Positions 24,137 through 37,774 of a DNA stretch of 64,000 bases are shown here, piece by piece. Position 1 is the first letter of the stretch, and the number at the start of each line of letters is the position of its first letter. This DNA is from Octopus sinensis (Eukaryota). Under the pieces are notes generated by a model, which saw nothing but the letters and a program-made list of their open reading frames with translations, was not told the origin of the DNA and did not search any database. Both the position numbers and the translations under genes were made by a program. The DNA is taken from assembly GCF_006345805.1 (NCBI RefSeq), contig NC_043006.1, positions 49,848,001 to 49,912,000 on the forward strand, written 5' to 3'.

Positions 24137-27100
24137 GCAGCTTATAGACAATCTACAGAGTACACATTGAATGTAGTGTAAGTTTACATGTATAGGCCTT
24201 GTATGACCGGAAGTTAGCTTGGCAAACCTGACATCAAGCTCATTTTGTGGTATCTTAGGTAAATGTCCTTTTTTTATAGCATCGGTAAATTCATACCTTC
24301 TGATTGAAATTGGTAATACGGAAACTAGAGAATTTCATCGAGTCGTTTGAACTTGTAATTCTAATGGTGCAGCCTTGTTACACATTGTGTCAGGCTGACT
24401 GAGGATTATGCTAAGGGTATACGTACCCGTGGAATGCTCAGCCGTTTACAATTTAATTAAAGAGTGGGCAATTCTGTTGATTGAACAATCGAATCCTCAT
24501 CGTCAAGCGACAGAGAACTACCATTATCACGACCATATCTTTATGTGTGAAGTTGGCGTTTTTTCTCTTTGATATCCATAAGAGCACATCCAGAAATAAA
24601 CTTTGGGAATGGCCTTTAATATGTGCCCAAGTAATTGAAAGTTTACATAACGGTACATCGTTCGAGGCAGGCGGCGATAGGTTATGTGACTTTTTCTAAT
24701 AGCTTAAGTTTATTAATCACTATTAATAACCTACAATAGAAGCGACAAGAAAGAGAAGAGCAGAAGTCAGAGTGTATATATTTATCCAATATTGGTAGAG
24801 GGAAAACAATTACGACTAATCGTATTCCATGTTGGCAATCACTGCCTATTTATATATGTATGTCTACACAAATACATTTCTTATAAGGAATGTATATCTT
24901 CTATTAACGATACTAATTGATTTCGTAAATTAGCAATCGCAAGTGAGAATATGTAATTCTGTGTTGGAAATTCTAGTAGTTTTTAGTCTATATTTGAAAC
25001 ACGATGATTGAAGGACAAGAAAAGTTATTTTACGAATAATATAGTCTATTTCCACTTTATCTTTATACCAACCATTCTCATTGTGTATTTTAAAAATATT
25101 TCTCTCATTCTTTTAAAAGATGTGTGCATAAATATAGATAACTGTCTGGATATGTGATGAAAAAAAAACAATTATGACCAATCATATTTGTATTATTATT
25201 TACACTATTCCTATGTGTTGTCTGTATGTGTTTGATTGACCAGTGCTGCCACATCTGGGTTACAAAAAACAAATCACACATCTTTTGGAAATTTTCAAAG
25301 GTGTGAATGGCATAGGACATCTTATTAACTGATCAACGTCCTACCTGCAATTCTTGTGCATATATATAATTCTATTTTAGGCTACTTTCTAATTCAAGCC
25401 GTTGCTTTTGAAAACTTTATACTACATTTTATAAAACTGATCTTGTAACTCAGCGGTTATCAGCGAAATCTATTATCTGAAAAATTCGCATCATTATTTT
25501 CTTTCTTCTATGTTTCTTCGTTACATACAAACATACGCACGTTCAGTTTTATACATTAGGATTATGACTGTAAACTTAGTATAGATGGAAATAGTTTTTC
25601 TATAGATAGGAATGTTCTTTTTCTATGGTTTCATAAAATTAAAATCATAAATAACTGCAACAATTATTTATAAATATCAAGGTCATAAGTTGAAAGTTAT
25701 TACATTAATTTAGAAGATTCTTGCTTCTTTCATGGACAACTCGCTTTGTCTTAATATTCTATATTCAAACGCAATAGCTAGAAATGCACACACAAAACAA
25801 ACTCTGTTTCCTATGAGGTTCTTAAGGGATTAAAGCCGTATCGATTTTCTTAAAACATTTTTTCATATCGCTGTAAATATTTAATTATTAAGTTCGCTTT
25901 TTAAACAATATATGCATTAGTTTTCGAAGGAGTAAGTTACAATTATTTCCTTTATTTATTACATGAGAGTTTTTGTGTTTATTTTTAAATTTTCACTTTT
26001 ATAAAGGAACTAGAAAGAAAATATTCTTTAGACAATTTTGAATAGGACTTCTGAATAGGATATCAATAAATTGTAAAAGAAAATGAGTATGGTGTATGAA
26101 ACATGACACTAAATACCAAACGTAAAAAACTCATCTTGAAAACATGAAGACAAGTAATCAAAGTAAAGTGAAAATGAAGGAACAAAGCCAATATTACAAC
26201 TCAAACGGCAGCTGGAAGAGAAAGCGGCTAGTTAAGAAAGAGCAGCGTTCGCATGTAGCTAAAACATAGATTGATTTCTTTATTGGCCACGCAGGGCTGA
26301 ATACAGAAGGGACAAAATACAAAGTAGAGCTTTTCTTTTTGAGAAAAGAAAGAAAAAAATAGAAGGGGGTCAATTTCCGATCAAAAGGGATCGTGAAAAA
26401 AAAAATAAAAGTGTGGCCGATCAATAGGGATCGTGTATCACATAGATTATTAATATAATCTATTTGCCTGGATTAGCTGGACATCTGTAGCGTATCTGCA
26501 CTGTGCAGTGAAATATTGAAAGGAGTAACAATAGGCATGAGCTGTTCAAATGGAATAGTAAAATTAATGCCTTAATTGTTGAAAGGAATTCCGGTACAAT
26601 CATATGACTTGCTGGCCAAGGAAAGAATATTACAATTACTGTTGTTAATCAATTTCTTTTGAAGCTACTAAGAGTGAAAAAATACCAGGGAAATTGTATA
26701 ATCGCGTAAGGTTACTTCTTCCACTTCCAGGCCTTAATTCTAAATTTTACTGATATATTTCATGATAAGACTAGTCAATGCTTTAACGACATTCTTTATG
26801 TTATAGAAGTTTTCATTAGTAATCCAGAATTCTCAAATCATCCCAATTTATATGTAATCACCTTTAAAACTGCAGAAGAAAATATGAATATAAATATAAA
26901 GAATCTACCATGAAAATTTTGATCTATGAAAATAAAGTGTCCCCTAGATTACATAAACCGTGCTTTACTCTCCCTGTTTCTAATGACGTGACAATTCTAA
27001 ATGTTCTGTAGAAGAAACATAATTCTGCCGCAACACAACTAATTTCTCATCAGGACTTTAAAACACACTGTTCCATTGATCCAATGCTATATTCTCCAGT

Positions 27101-27929
27101 ATTTTCGAAAGGACAAGATAGATGCAAATTTAGTTTCGATAGATTTGTTGAGGAGAAAATGCAACTCTTGATTCAATTGATTCATATGCTAAACGTTTAG
27201 TAGTGGTAACCGAATCTATACTGTTTCATTGCTTTGACCAATTCACCAGTCAATTCATAATGGAGTATGAAAAAATTGAGTCTGAATAAGTCTAAGAGTA
27301 GAAAGTTATATTCATCTTAGAGATGCTTTGAAAAAAACATTACTAAATGTTCTCAGGAGGGTTACCTTATTTACACACTGAAAGGATGAAAGTCAACGTT
27401 GACCTCAGTAGCATTTTAACAGAGTGCAAGGAACCAAAGCATTGCATGCTCTCAAGCACTGCAACGGACGATAGAAAACGTTACTGATTGAGAAAGATCA
27501 GAGTAATACACATTTACAGTAATTATGTAATTACTGTACGGTTTTTAAAGAGTATTTTTTATAATTACGATTTTAGAGTAATTTTATAATTACTTTTAAT
27601 TATGTTAATCAATACATTGATTTTAAGAAATATTTTTAAATAATTACACATTTAGAGTAATTATGTAAATGAGTACATCATTTTTTTCCAAAGAACAAAA
27701 AGCCTTTAAAAAAATGTAAGAATAATCTTTTTTTACTCCTAAAAGCGTTTTTAGGCGCTCAGCTTGACTCTCTTCTGAATTGCTAGGCAGCTAACATTTT
27801 GAATGAATCAACATTCTCGAATCAAGTGAACGTTTCCAGTACCTTTTTAAAGCAATTTATTGAAACTTTAATGAATCTGTGAAATTGTTTATGTTTTAAT
27901 CTCACGAACAGTATTTTTTTTAATTAACA

Positions 27930-29110
27930 ATTGCCAGCAAAACCTTAACAAGAATAATTCTACTTCGCCTGATTCCCCATCTTACCACGAGCAATTTCCT
28001 GCAGGAAATCCAGTGTGCCTTCCGTTGTGAGAGGGGTACTACTGATGTGATCTTTGCTGTAACACATATCAAGAACTGTATAAAGTGGAATCAAACCCTC
28101 TATATAACCTTTGCTGAATTAAAAATGTTTTGTAGAGGATTATAAATAATCATTGTCAAATATAATTGTCCTCCCGTGCTCGTGCATAGGGTGTGCCAAT
28201 TTCATAATTGTTTATGGACAAATGTATGGTACCATTAGATATATCTGTGACATTTTCTGCCACGTGTGGTGTTGTGTGAAATAGAGTTGTGTTTTAGCAT
28301 CTATCGTTTCGTTTTCAGTATCAGCCTTTTCTGCCATGTTGCAAGAGGCATTCGCATTACCTTCATTTAGAATTAACATTTGGTACATTAGTTAATGACA
28401 AATTGTTCAATCTTCGCAGATTGCAAGCAAAACCAAAGTGAATCATTAATCTGTCTGTGGACTATTATTTGCAAATGATTGTGAATTGCTTGTACGAGAT
28501 GAATTCCATCATGCAAACATGTGTCGCACAATTCTCAGAGACCTGAAACAACTTTGGTCTCACTATGAGGTCTGCAAAAGCAAATTTGCACCAATTTTGA
28601 TAATATTTAATATCTTGAAGTATACTATCAGTAAGTTTCTGCATTGATACTGGTGTCCCAACGTATTGGTATACAGCATGTGATAGCTGAATTCAAAATT
28701 GAAATTGACAATGCTCCCATTTTCTGTCTACGGCGCTGAAGTTCGGAATAAATTCCTAGGACAAAGTTTCTAAGGTACGCCAATGAACCTAGTTTGTTTA
28801 CAAATCTCAAGCAAATCCAGCTTCTTTTATTAAGAATGTTGTCAGAATGCAATCTTCTATTCTGATCCGGCAAAGAATGGGCAGAATATTGCGGCACACA
28901 GTTAAAGATTCACAGATGCATTGGATGCAACCATAAAGTACTGCAAGATCAAAGGAAGCACTGCAAGATCAACTCAAACTCGCGGGAGATCTTGTTTGCG
29001 ACTGGTCTGCATGAAACGAGGCTTGTAGAGGAGTCTCCGAAGCATTCTAATCTTTATGAATCTCTGTAACAAAAACCAAAATAGACGCTCGCAAATCACA
29101 TCACCCCTTA
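27930..29110 (+). mobile_element. old, heavily decayed RTE-clade LINE
   Basis: LTIASKTLTRIILLRLIPHL..LQEIQCAFRCERGTTDVIFAV..LYITFAEL resembles the RTE RT pattern LPESQCGFR..RGTxDMIF. Confidence 0.7.
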
Positions 29111-29789
29111 ACAATCTTGGCACGAGTAAGCATTAGTGTGTGGTCAGTGACAAATATTTCTCTAGCAGAACTGACATTTGCAGTCATAGTACAAATATAT
29201 GAGCAATATTATTTTCTTCTTTGCTTTCTCACTGTATTTGTTTTGCAGCTGCAGATCGTCAGCAAATTTGACGGGAGAACTATAATGTTTTGTAAGTATA
29301 CATAAATCCAACTCGTAATTTGTAAAACTAATACAAAACCAGACGTTTATACTTTCTACTTTTTTTTTTTTGTTTATATTCACAATTCTAATTAGCAGCA
29401 GCATTTTATACATATGCATTACCTTATCAAATAAAAGTTACCAATACCTATGAATAAATTATGAATTAACTTATATGTTTTTGCGCAGAACATTAACTAT
29501 TTCCAAATTAACAACTGAAGTTCAAAGAAACGTCTGATATCTACAAACAAAAGAAAGAAAGAAATTAATGCAACATTTGGATTTGATAAAGCACTGTTTT
29601 ACTTATCGCCAGAAAATACCAGTCTTTGTCACCAACTATTTGATAACTTAAAATTGCTGAGCTTCAAGTATAATTTACTTGCAGTAACACGTGATTTCAC
29701 TGCTCAAATTAAATTCTCTTATAAGTAAATATGTATGTATATGCACATATCTATCAATCAATCTATCTATCCATCTGTCTGCCTGTCTG

Positions 29790-29835
<46 letters not shown>

Positions 29836-29934
29836 AATCATATATATATACCACACGGCTATAGGCGCAGCCATGGCTATAGGCACGAGCATGGCTTATT
29901 GACGCAGCATGGCTGTGTTGTTTAGAGTCCTGTA

Positions 29935-29991
<57 letters not shown>

Positions 29992-30056
29992 TCGCCATGA
30001 TAGATCGCTAGCCACTACACATTCCATATTTTCTCTCCTTGTTTTTTTCTATGTTC

Positions 30057-30092
30057 CTTTCTGTGGAAGAGTGTAGGCTCGAAACTTTAAAG
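30057..30092 (+). ncRNA. degenerate hammerhead-like motif (family H3)
   Basis: cttt ctgtgga agagt gtag gctc GAAAC ttt aaag. The core has substitutions relative to CUGANGA and GUU. Confidence 0.45.
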
Positions 30093-30181
30093 ACTTTTTC
30101 CCTTCCCGAGCGTCATACTATACATCTGTTTGTTGTCTACACCACCTGTCTTCGTCTTTTGTTTTTTTTGTGAATTCTCCC

Positions 30182-30220
<39 letters not shown>

Positions 30221-30231
30221 ACATACATACA

Positions 30232-30331
<100 letters not shown>

Positions 30332-30476
30332 CATATATATATATATACATACATATATATACATATATATGTATATATATATATACATGTATATATAAAT
30401 ATATATATATGTGTGTTTTTTTACTATAGATGAATGAAAGAATGGAGTCGAACGACGATTTAATCAAATTCCTTTA

Positions 30477-30559
30477 TTCTCGACACATGTTTCGAAGACT
30501 GAATATTCTTAATTCCGAAGGAATAAAGGGTGCATTATGCCGTCTTCTCATCAGGAAAG
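30477..30559 (-). ncRNA. mirror-image hammerhead ribozyme (family H4)
   Basis: Reverse complement of 30671-30753 within the palindrome. Confidence 0.78.
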
Positions 30560-30670
30560 ACAAGGAACTCATGTCAGCATCATGACGAACAAAAACTTTT
30601 AGATGACTGCCCACACGGAGCAGTCATCTAAAAGTTTTTGTTCGTCATGATGCTGACATGAGTTCCTTGT

Positions 30671-30753
30671 TTTTCCTGATGAGAAGACGGCATAATGCAC
30701 CCTTTATTCCTTCGGAATTAAGAATATGCAGTCTTCGAAACATGTGTCGAGAA
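30671..30753 (+). ncRNA. type-I hammerhead ribozyme with canonical core (family H4)
   Basis: ttttc CUGAUGA gaagac..(42 nt)..gtcttc GAAAC atgt GUC gagaa. Predicted cleavage is after 30748. Confidence 0.8.
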
Positions 30754-30979
30754 TAAAGGAATTTGATTAAATCGTCGTTGGACTCCATTCTTTCATTCAT
30801 CTATAGTAAAAAAAACACACAAATTTCCACACGAAAGCACGTGATTTCTGCCCTTGGCATGTAGCTTCAACCGTGCTTTCTGACGTAAATTTGCTACCCG
30901 GGTATCGGTTAACCGAATTATCCATACTAGGATAATTCATTCAACTACTTAAACATATATATGTGTGTATATATATATC

Positions 30980-31095
<116 letters not shown>

Positions 31096-31096
31096 A

Positions 31097-31139
<43 letters not shown>

Positions 31140-32252
31140 ATATATATATAATGAGCGGACATGGCATGCATGCGTGCTCAAACACACTCAATCACGCGCA
31201 CATACACATAGATACACATGCACACATACACCCGCTCACACATGCGTATTCATTCATATGTATATTGCGTGCGCGCACGTCTCTGTGTATGCTTGTGCGT
31301 ATCTTTATTAAGTTGTCAGGTGTGTGTTGAATGCAGTACACGAATAACTCTTGATTTATTAACATTTCCTTTGTAGACTGACGTAAACATCTATTATGTT
31401 CCTGAAGTGCATCAGCTGCAGAGGCATACGGACTCTCATTTAGAAAAACCCAGCTGCTCTCTACTTCATCAAGATTGGAAGCTGGTTCGTTTAATCATTC
31501 AGAGATGCCTTCATAAAAGTCATTTTGAAAATGCTGTTGATTTTATGTTCTCCATACTCAAATTTCATAGTGATAGTCTTCATTTAAGGCGTCTCTTGCT
31601 TCTAAATTTTCAAATTTAGTAATAATGGGTGCATGATGAGGTCTGCATTCATCTATATGCTTTGATCATGTTATTCGTGCGTCACTGCGTTCGTATCTTC
31701 TCACTGTTATGTAATCCAAATGATGCCAGGTTTACAATCAATGATGCATCCAAGAGGTTCTGCACCATATTAGAAGGGAAAACTTAGCATTATAAAGAGA
31801 CTGTTCTCTGCATAAACGCTTTAAACGCTTAAAACGCTAAGGTCATTGCAACTCCAACAGCTCATCTCCCAAATGAAAACCAATGAGACTATTACGTATA
31901 ATTGTGTGTGTGTATGTAGATACACATTGGTATATTAATATATATATATTTATATATACATACATACATACATACATACATACATACATACATACATGAC
32001 ACATGTATATGTGCATATTGTACTTTTTTAATATACATGCATATATAATATACAATGTATGTATGTCATTGTTCAGTTTATTTCAAGATTTCTTACCGAT
32101 AGAGAAAGTAACGGTTTCTAACCTAAATCCAAGATTACTTCATTGGAATTTCAACATCAACAATAGGGTATGTATGTATTTATGTATGTATGTAAATATT
32201 TGTATATTTTATGTATGTATTCTCATGCATATAGTTGCATACCTAGACATGC

Positions 32253-32666
32253 TCATATATATTTAAATGATAAACTTCTAGAAAGTTTTACAGATTTTAC
32301 AGTTCCCGTCATAGATTGGATCTGCAATCTTCGAATTAGCTTTCTCTTTTCTAGTTTTGAGAGGCCTAATTCCTCAAGATTAGTATTTAGGCAGTGTGTT
32401 ACATATTCCAGGGCCCCAATAATTACAGGTATAGACCTGACCTTGTAATCTGGATCTAGTAACTGCAGATTTCTCAATAGTTCAGCATAGGTGTTCCCTT
32501 TTTCGCTGACCTTCAGCTTTATGCTAACATCCGCAACTGTGCACAGTTTCTCTTCTCTATCCCACATGATTATATCAAATCTGTTGTGCGTACATTTCAT
32601 TGAGGCCTTCACTGATACATTCCACCAGTATTCCATTTTATTATGAGTACCTATGATTTCTATCAT
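32253..32666 (-). mobile_element. RLE-domain 3' fragment of a non-Dong RLE retrotransposon
   Basis: HNRFDIIMWD...KVSEKGNTYAELLRNL..IPVIIGAL..IQSMTGTVK is a PD-(D/E)xK RLE pattern distinct from the Dong copies. Confidence 0.72.
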
Positions 32667-32706
32667 ATTGTGGATTCTTATATTTTTGTCCTTGGAATTA
32701 TCCTTG

Positions 32707-32980
32707 CCAGTTTAGCCAATAAAACCACACGCACTATATATTTGGTGTTAATTTGCTTCAGCTTTATTTACTTTTTACATTAATCTTAATCTTAAAGTTT
32801 TTTCGTTACACTTCTGTTACCACATCAGAGGTCCTTTGCTTTCTTATTTCTTATTTGTGTATCTCTCCTTACTAACGGTCAGCCATTTTGTATTTTGTAT
32901 TCCTATTGTATGTGACTTTATTAAGCTGAAGCAAATTAACACCAAATATATAGTGCGTGTGTTTTTATTGGTTAAACTGG
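32707..32980. repeat. inverted repeat (~58-bp arms, ~157-bp spacer)
   Basis: ccagtttagccaataaaaccacacgcactatatatttggtgttaatttgcttcagctt versus its complement at 32923-32980. Confidence 0.9.
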
Positions 32981-33315
32981 TAACATGATCATTCCTAAAT
33001 ACAACAACAATAACAACAACAACAATAACAACAACAACACACACACATATACATACATATATATATATATATATTATATATATATATATATGTATAGATA
33101 TATATATAGGTTATGAGAGGTAATGGTGTCAGTAAGGCCCAAAGGTGTCAGGTAATGCTGAGTAAGTGCTATGAACAGACTATAGTTAAGCTCCAGGTTT
33201 GGTGATTATGCTATGACGTAGGTCATATATCAGCATGTGTCTATATAAAAAAAAAATCCAGAATGAGATAAAAATCCAGGGTTGCGAAAGATTTTAGAAC
33301 ATTTATAAATAGAAG

Positions 33316-33364
33316 GTCTTACAGCTGTTTCCAAGATATTTTTATATATCCCTTAATCGGAGAC
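33316..33364 (-). ncRNA. degenerate type-I hammerhead motif (family H5)
   Basis: Minus strand reads gtct ccgatta ag ggatat..atatc ttg GAAAC agct GUA agac. Two substitutions in the CUGAUGA box. Confidence 0.55.
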
Positions 33365-33559
33365 GGTGTTGAGTTGTCAAAACGCCCCCCCCCGTCCAAT
33401 GGACGGTGCTGAGTTGTCAAACATTTAAACCAAATTTTCTCAAAACAACTTGTCCGACCATCCCATAGGCCTCCCCTTTGAGAAACACTGATTTAACCTA
33501 AATTTGCGACACCAGCAAAAGAAGAAATAAAGATAGACTTTTTTTCTATTCCAAAGAAA

Positions 33560-33748
33560 AACGATTTCCCACGGATTTATCGATCGCATTCTCACCTGGA
33601 ATCGATTTTTGTAAGTTTTTCAAGACTTATACACGCCCTGATACCGTCGATATCTACATATCAAATTTGAGCGCAATCGGATGGAGGATGCTCGAGATAT
33701 TAGAAGCCACACATACAGACAGACAGAACGGATTTTATATAAGAGATA
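33560..33748 (+). mobile_element. non-autonomous Helitron/Helentron-like (DINE-1/Lep1-style) end
   Basis: caaatttgagcgcaatcggatg..cgagat..acagacagacag..tttatataagagat matches the remembered layout of such elements. Confidence 0.5.
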
Positions 33749-35276
33749 TAAAGTTACGCACACACACAAATGTTGTCTTATCTGTACTCATGAATGGTTA
33801 AGAATCAACGATTACATTTATATATATATATATATACGTGTACATAACGCAACATGATATAATAAAATGTAATATAATATAATATAATATAATATAATAT
33901 ATTATAAAAACGTATAATACATTTTTATGAAGTCAACAGATGTGTGTTTAACGACGTATGTGATAAATTCCTAGTGTATTAATATTTCTCTCTCGAAGAG
34001 ACATAAGGTCATCCATAATTAGACTGAATTTGCATTTTTTTTCTTTTACATATAAACTAGTGACCATGCAGTGATACTAGTGAATCCACTATTTCATTTG
34101 CCAACTGTTAGAAATTCTAATTCTAATTCTGAAATAATTAAATCAATTTTCATATTCTATAACGCATTCTCTTCAAGGGACAATGAAGAAGCTTCCATGT
34201 GGACACAGAACATGCTAGAATTGACAGCCAAAATCTTTGTGGAATCGTGACTTACAGCCTTAAAGTAAAGGTTCCTTGAAGAATGTAATCGAAGATAAAC
34301 CATTCCTGAAACAAGGCTGAGTAGTTATGAATGCGTGAGAAGCCAATGATTGCTCTGCTCAAATACAGCTGACTAACATCATTTTCTTCAAAATTAGAAA
34401 CATTTAAGCTTGATATCTGATTTACTTCTAGTTTTCTTATGTTGATATCACTTCTGATTTCTTTATATTAGCGCAGCAAGCTATCCAATTTACAGACAAA
34501 TGTGTCGGATGTAACAAGTTCTTTTCCTTTCCAGTTTTGTAGAATTGCGTTTAAAAATGTCTCTCTTTCAGATATTTATTTAGAAAAGGAATTTACATTC
34601 TGTTGGAAGATACTCTACCTCACACTTCAATCAGTAATGATAAAAACTCCTGTATTCTTTGATTTATTGAATTATTCTGGGCACCATCATATCGATTAGT
34701 CTTATTGAAAAAAGGTCCCGGATACCTCAATAATAGTGACCCAGCATGGCCACAGCCTCTGGCTGAAACATAATGAAATAGATAGTAGAATTATAAAATC
34801 ATTCTCTTTTGAAATCTACATGCATTTTGTTTACGCAGTGGAATTTGCCTCGTGGTTTAGAAAATTCTTCCAGATACCATAGAAGTAGTAATTTTAACGG
34901 ACAATTACGAAATATATACTTTCGTTCCAACAATTCATTTGATCCCATTTGTGTTCTCCTAATTTAAACAACACCTTTCGTTAGTAAGTGGCATCAACGA
35001 AGCAAAAACAAAAAAGTTCTCGGATTTACTGTAATCACATTATTTTGATAACTGTGAATTGCAAATTCTACTTCTTTTTAGCTCCTGATAGAAAGCTTTG
35101 AATATAGATTCACTCAGAAGCACTGCAATAGACATTGGTAAAAGTTATTCACAAGAAGAAACACAGAAATTTGAAGAAAAACGTATTTTCCCATGTTTAC
35201 ACACATACATATTGACACACTCATAAGTGTGTGTGTGTGTGTATGTGAGTATATAAATACATACATGTATATATAT

Positions 35277-35331
<55 letters not shown>

Positions 35332-35532
35332 AGAAAATGGAGAAATACATTCAAATCAATTATCAACTACCAGATAATACCTAATCACATAATTTATTAA
35401 ACCACTACATATGAACATTAAGATGAAACATAATAATATAGAACAAAACAGTGTACATGAAGGAGTAATATGATACAATAAATAAAATATGTATAATAGA
35501 ATATAAATAAAATAAATATAAATATAAACAAC

Positions 35533-35658
35533 ATCTTACACCTGTTTCGGCCATGCAGATATGGGTGTCTCATTTTGCTCATATTATCCATGTGTGATAG
35601 GTTAATATGTAGTTATAAATGAGACACTTGCAAAATATCCCAAGGCCTCTTCGGAGAT
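35533..35658 (-). ncRNA. type-I hammerhead motif with long stem II insertion (family H6)
   Basis: Minus strand reads atct cCGAAGA ggcc..(~90 nt, including the 11-bp stem gtgtctcattt/aaatgagacac)..ggcc GAAAC aggt GUA agat. One core substitution (U4C). Confidence 0.65.
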
Positions 35659-36687
35659 TATGAAATACAAACTAAATTAAATATACACCCATATAAGTGT
35701 GGGTACATACCCATAATATATCATATACACATACATATGAGTGCATATACTCATACTCCTATATATATATACATATACATAATAATATAAATCAATATAC
35801 ATATGTCCCATATTCAATGTTACAATTTTTCAACTTAATATTATATTACAATGTAGCAAACATACACATATTAATACTCAAATGCAGATATACAAAGTCA
35901 AGAGTACATTAAATTATATTAATTTACAAAATGTCATTAATATTAATATCATAACTATTATCATTACCACTATTGCTACGAATTCATTATTATTATTAAT
36001 AATAACACTAATACTAGCAAAACAATATATGGATTGCACTGTTAGCAACATAATAGCAAAAACAAGAACAACAATAGTACTACAGTACCATGCAAAGCAT
36101 TAAATATCTACATATAAAATGAAAAGTAAAAGCATTTTGGTTTACATGATATTAAGTTCCACAGGTGTATAAATGTACATGCGATTGCAGTCTATAATTT
36201 CAACTGTGACACAAATACAGTATTACGTTCAGAAATAGTTAAGAATCGAACGCTAAAATATGATTGGCCTGTACATTTAAATTTCAATTTCAATTGTCTT
36301 CGTTACGGTTGGTTTGTTAAGAAACACCCACATACGCACACTTGCAAACGTGCGCCCACACACACATACACAGACAAACCACAACATAAGAGATACCAGC
36401 CCCCGCCCCCGCCCCCACACACACATGCTTACATACAAATCTACTCACATATATCCATAAAAATGCATACATGCAAGCACACAGACATGTATACCCAGTC
36501 TATTTACGTTATTATCACAAGATACATAATTAAAGTAACACCGTATATTTCGTAAACAATTTAACGTGCTACTGAATCTTCCATATAGTCACAATTTCGA
36601 CTGTGTTCCCATTCAAACGTTCACTAATAACCAGCTCAGGCATGGGAAAACTATATCAACATATATACATGCACACACACCCGCACA

Positions 36688-36742
<55 letters not shown>

Positions 36743-36767
36743 TATATATATAATGTATGTATGTATG

Positions 36768-36805
36768 TTGTCTGATGAACGGCAACGAGAAACTCAGAGT
36801 AACAG
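36768..36805 (+). ncRNA. minimal hammerhead-like motif (family H1, second copy)
   Basis: tgt CUGAUGA acggcaacga GAAAC tcaga GUA aca. The downstream ~35 nt also match the 13140-13170 copy. Confidence 0.62.
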
Positions 36806-36849
36806 ATTTTGTTGAATTTTCTGGTGCTTTAAATAAAGTATATATATAT

Positions 36850-36893
<44 letters not shown>

Positions 36894-37444
36894 ATATCAG
36901 TTTGGAAGCGTAATACGTCCAATAAAGATGTGCTCTCAACATCACTGTTGTTAATCAAATTAGTTATCAATTAATTACCTATTGTGTCTGGCGAATGGTA
37001 CTGACAAACTAATCAATATTTAATTAACTAACTAATTAAATAACAATAAATATATGCCAATATGAGTTATTAGCAGTATTATCCGTCTACAATTATCTTT
37101 CTATCTCTTTCACCACATCATTACACATCTCGAATCTTGTGAGATGAAATATACAAGTGATCTGTCAGTTGAAGTTAGAGGAACAAAATTAACTAAAAAT
37201 AAGAAAATAAGACAAAAATATCGAGAAACATTGAGAAAAGAAGAAACAAAAGCAAGAAAAGAAAAGTCTGGAGCAAGTTTTGAGAGACTCAAAGTCAGAA
37301 ATAAGCGATTAGCGACCGAACCCGCAACTAATTCATCTAAGCAGCAGTAGGTGCGACGTCCTAACAAGAATCGATCTAATGCTAATCGATCGGTGGGCAC
37401 ATAATTTGTCTGAGTAGCAACAGATGTGACATAGTAACGTGTAA

Positions 37445-37725
37445 GTGAAACGTCTTTTAGTGAAACACACTAACAGGAAACAATGTGATTCACACCGACA
37501 TGAAAATCGCACTGCCAATCATTGTATTCAGAATCGCTCAATTCAAATTACAATCAAGCCGCATCGAAATGCTCGACAAAATCTGGGACGTATGAATATT
37601 ATTTGCAATCAGTGCAATGCACTATCATGGCTTGAAAAGTGGTCGTATGAGCCACCACAAAATCTATTTTATGCATTTGAGAAGGGCATGTTAAATTACC
37701 CCCAGTAACTAACCCACTGGAGTAA
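37445..37725 (+). mobile_element. Helitron RepHel N-terminal zinc-finger remnant
   Basis: LGRMNIICNQCNALSWLEK followed, in a shifted frame, by GHVKLPPVTNPLE. Confidence 0.65.
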
Positions 37726-37774
37726 GATGGAAACGTTCTGTGGTTTTGGTTTTCAAATTGAAAAAGGTTTTAAG

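Larger units (their letters stand above)
30410..30821. repeat. near-perfect palindrome (~200-bp arms, 9-nt loop) carrying one hammerhead per strand
   Basis: Centre tagatgactgc-ccacacgga-gcagtcatcta. The arms are complementary out to gtgtgtttttttactatag / ctatagtaaaaaaaacacac with only a few mismatches. Confidence 0.97.

Noticed and set aside
31380-31810. Minus-strand frame with RPHHAPIITKFENLEARDAL, reminiscent of a LINE ORF1
   Set aside because: It has multiple stops and only one short weak motif, so it cannot be assigned without a search.
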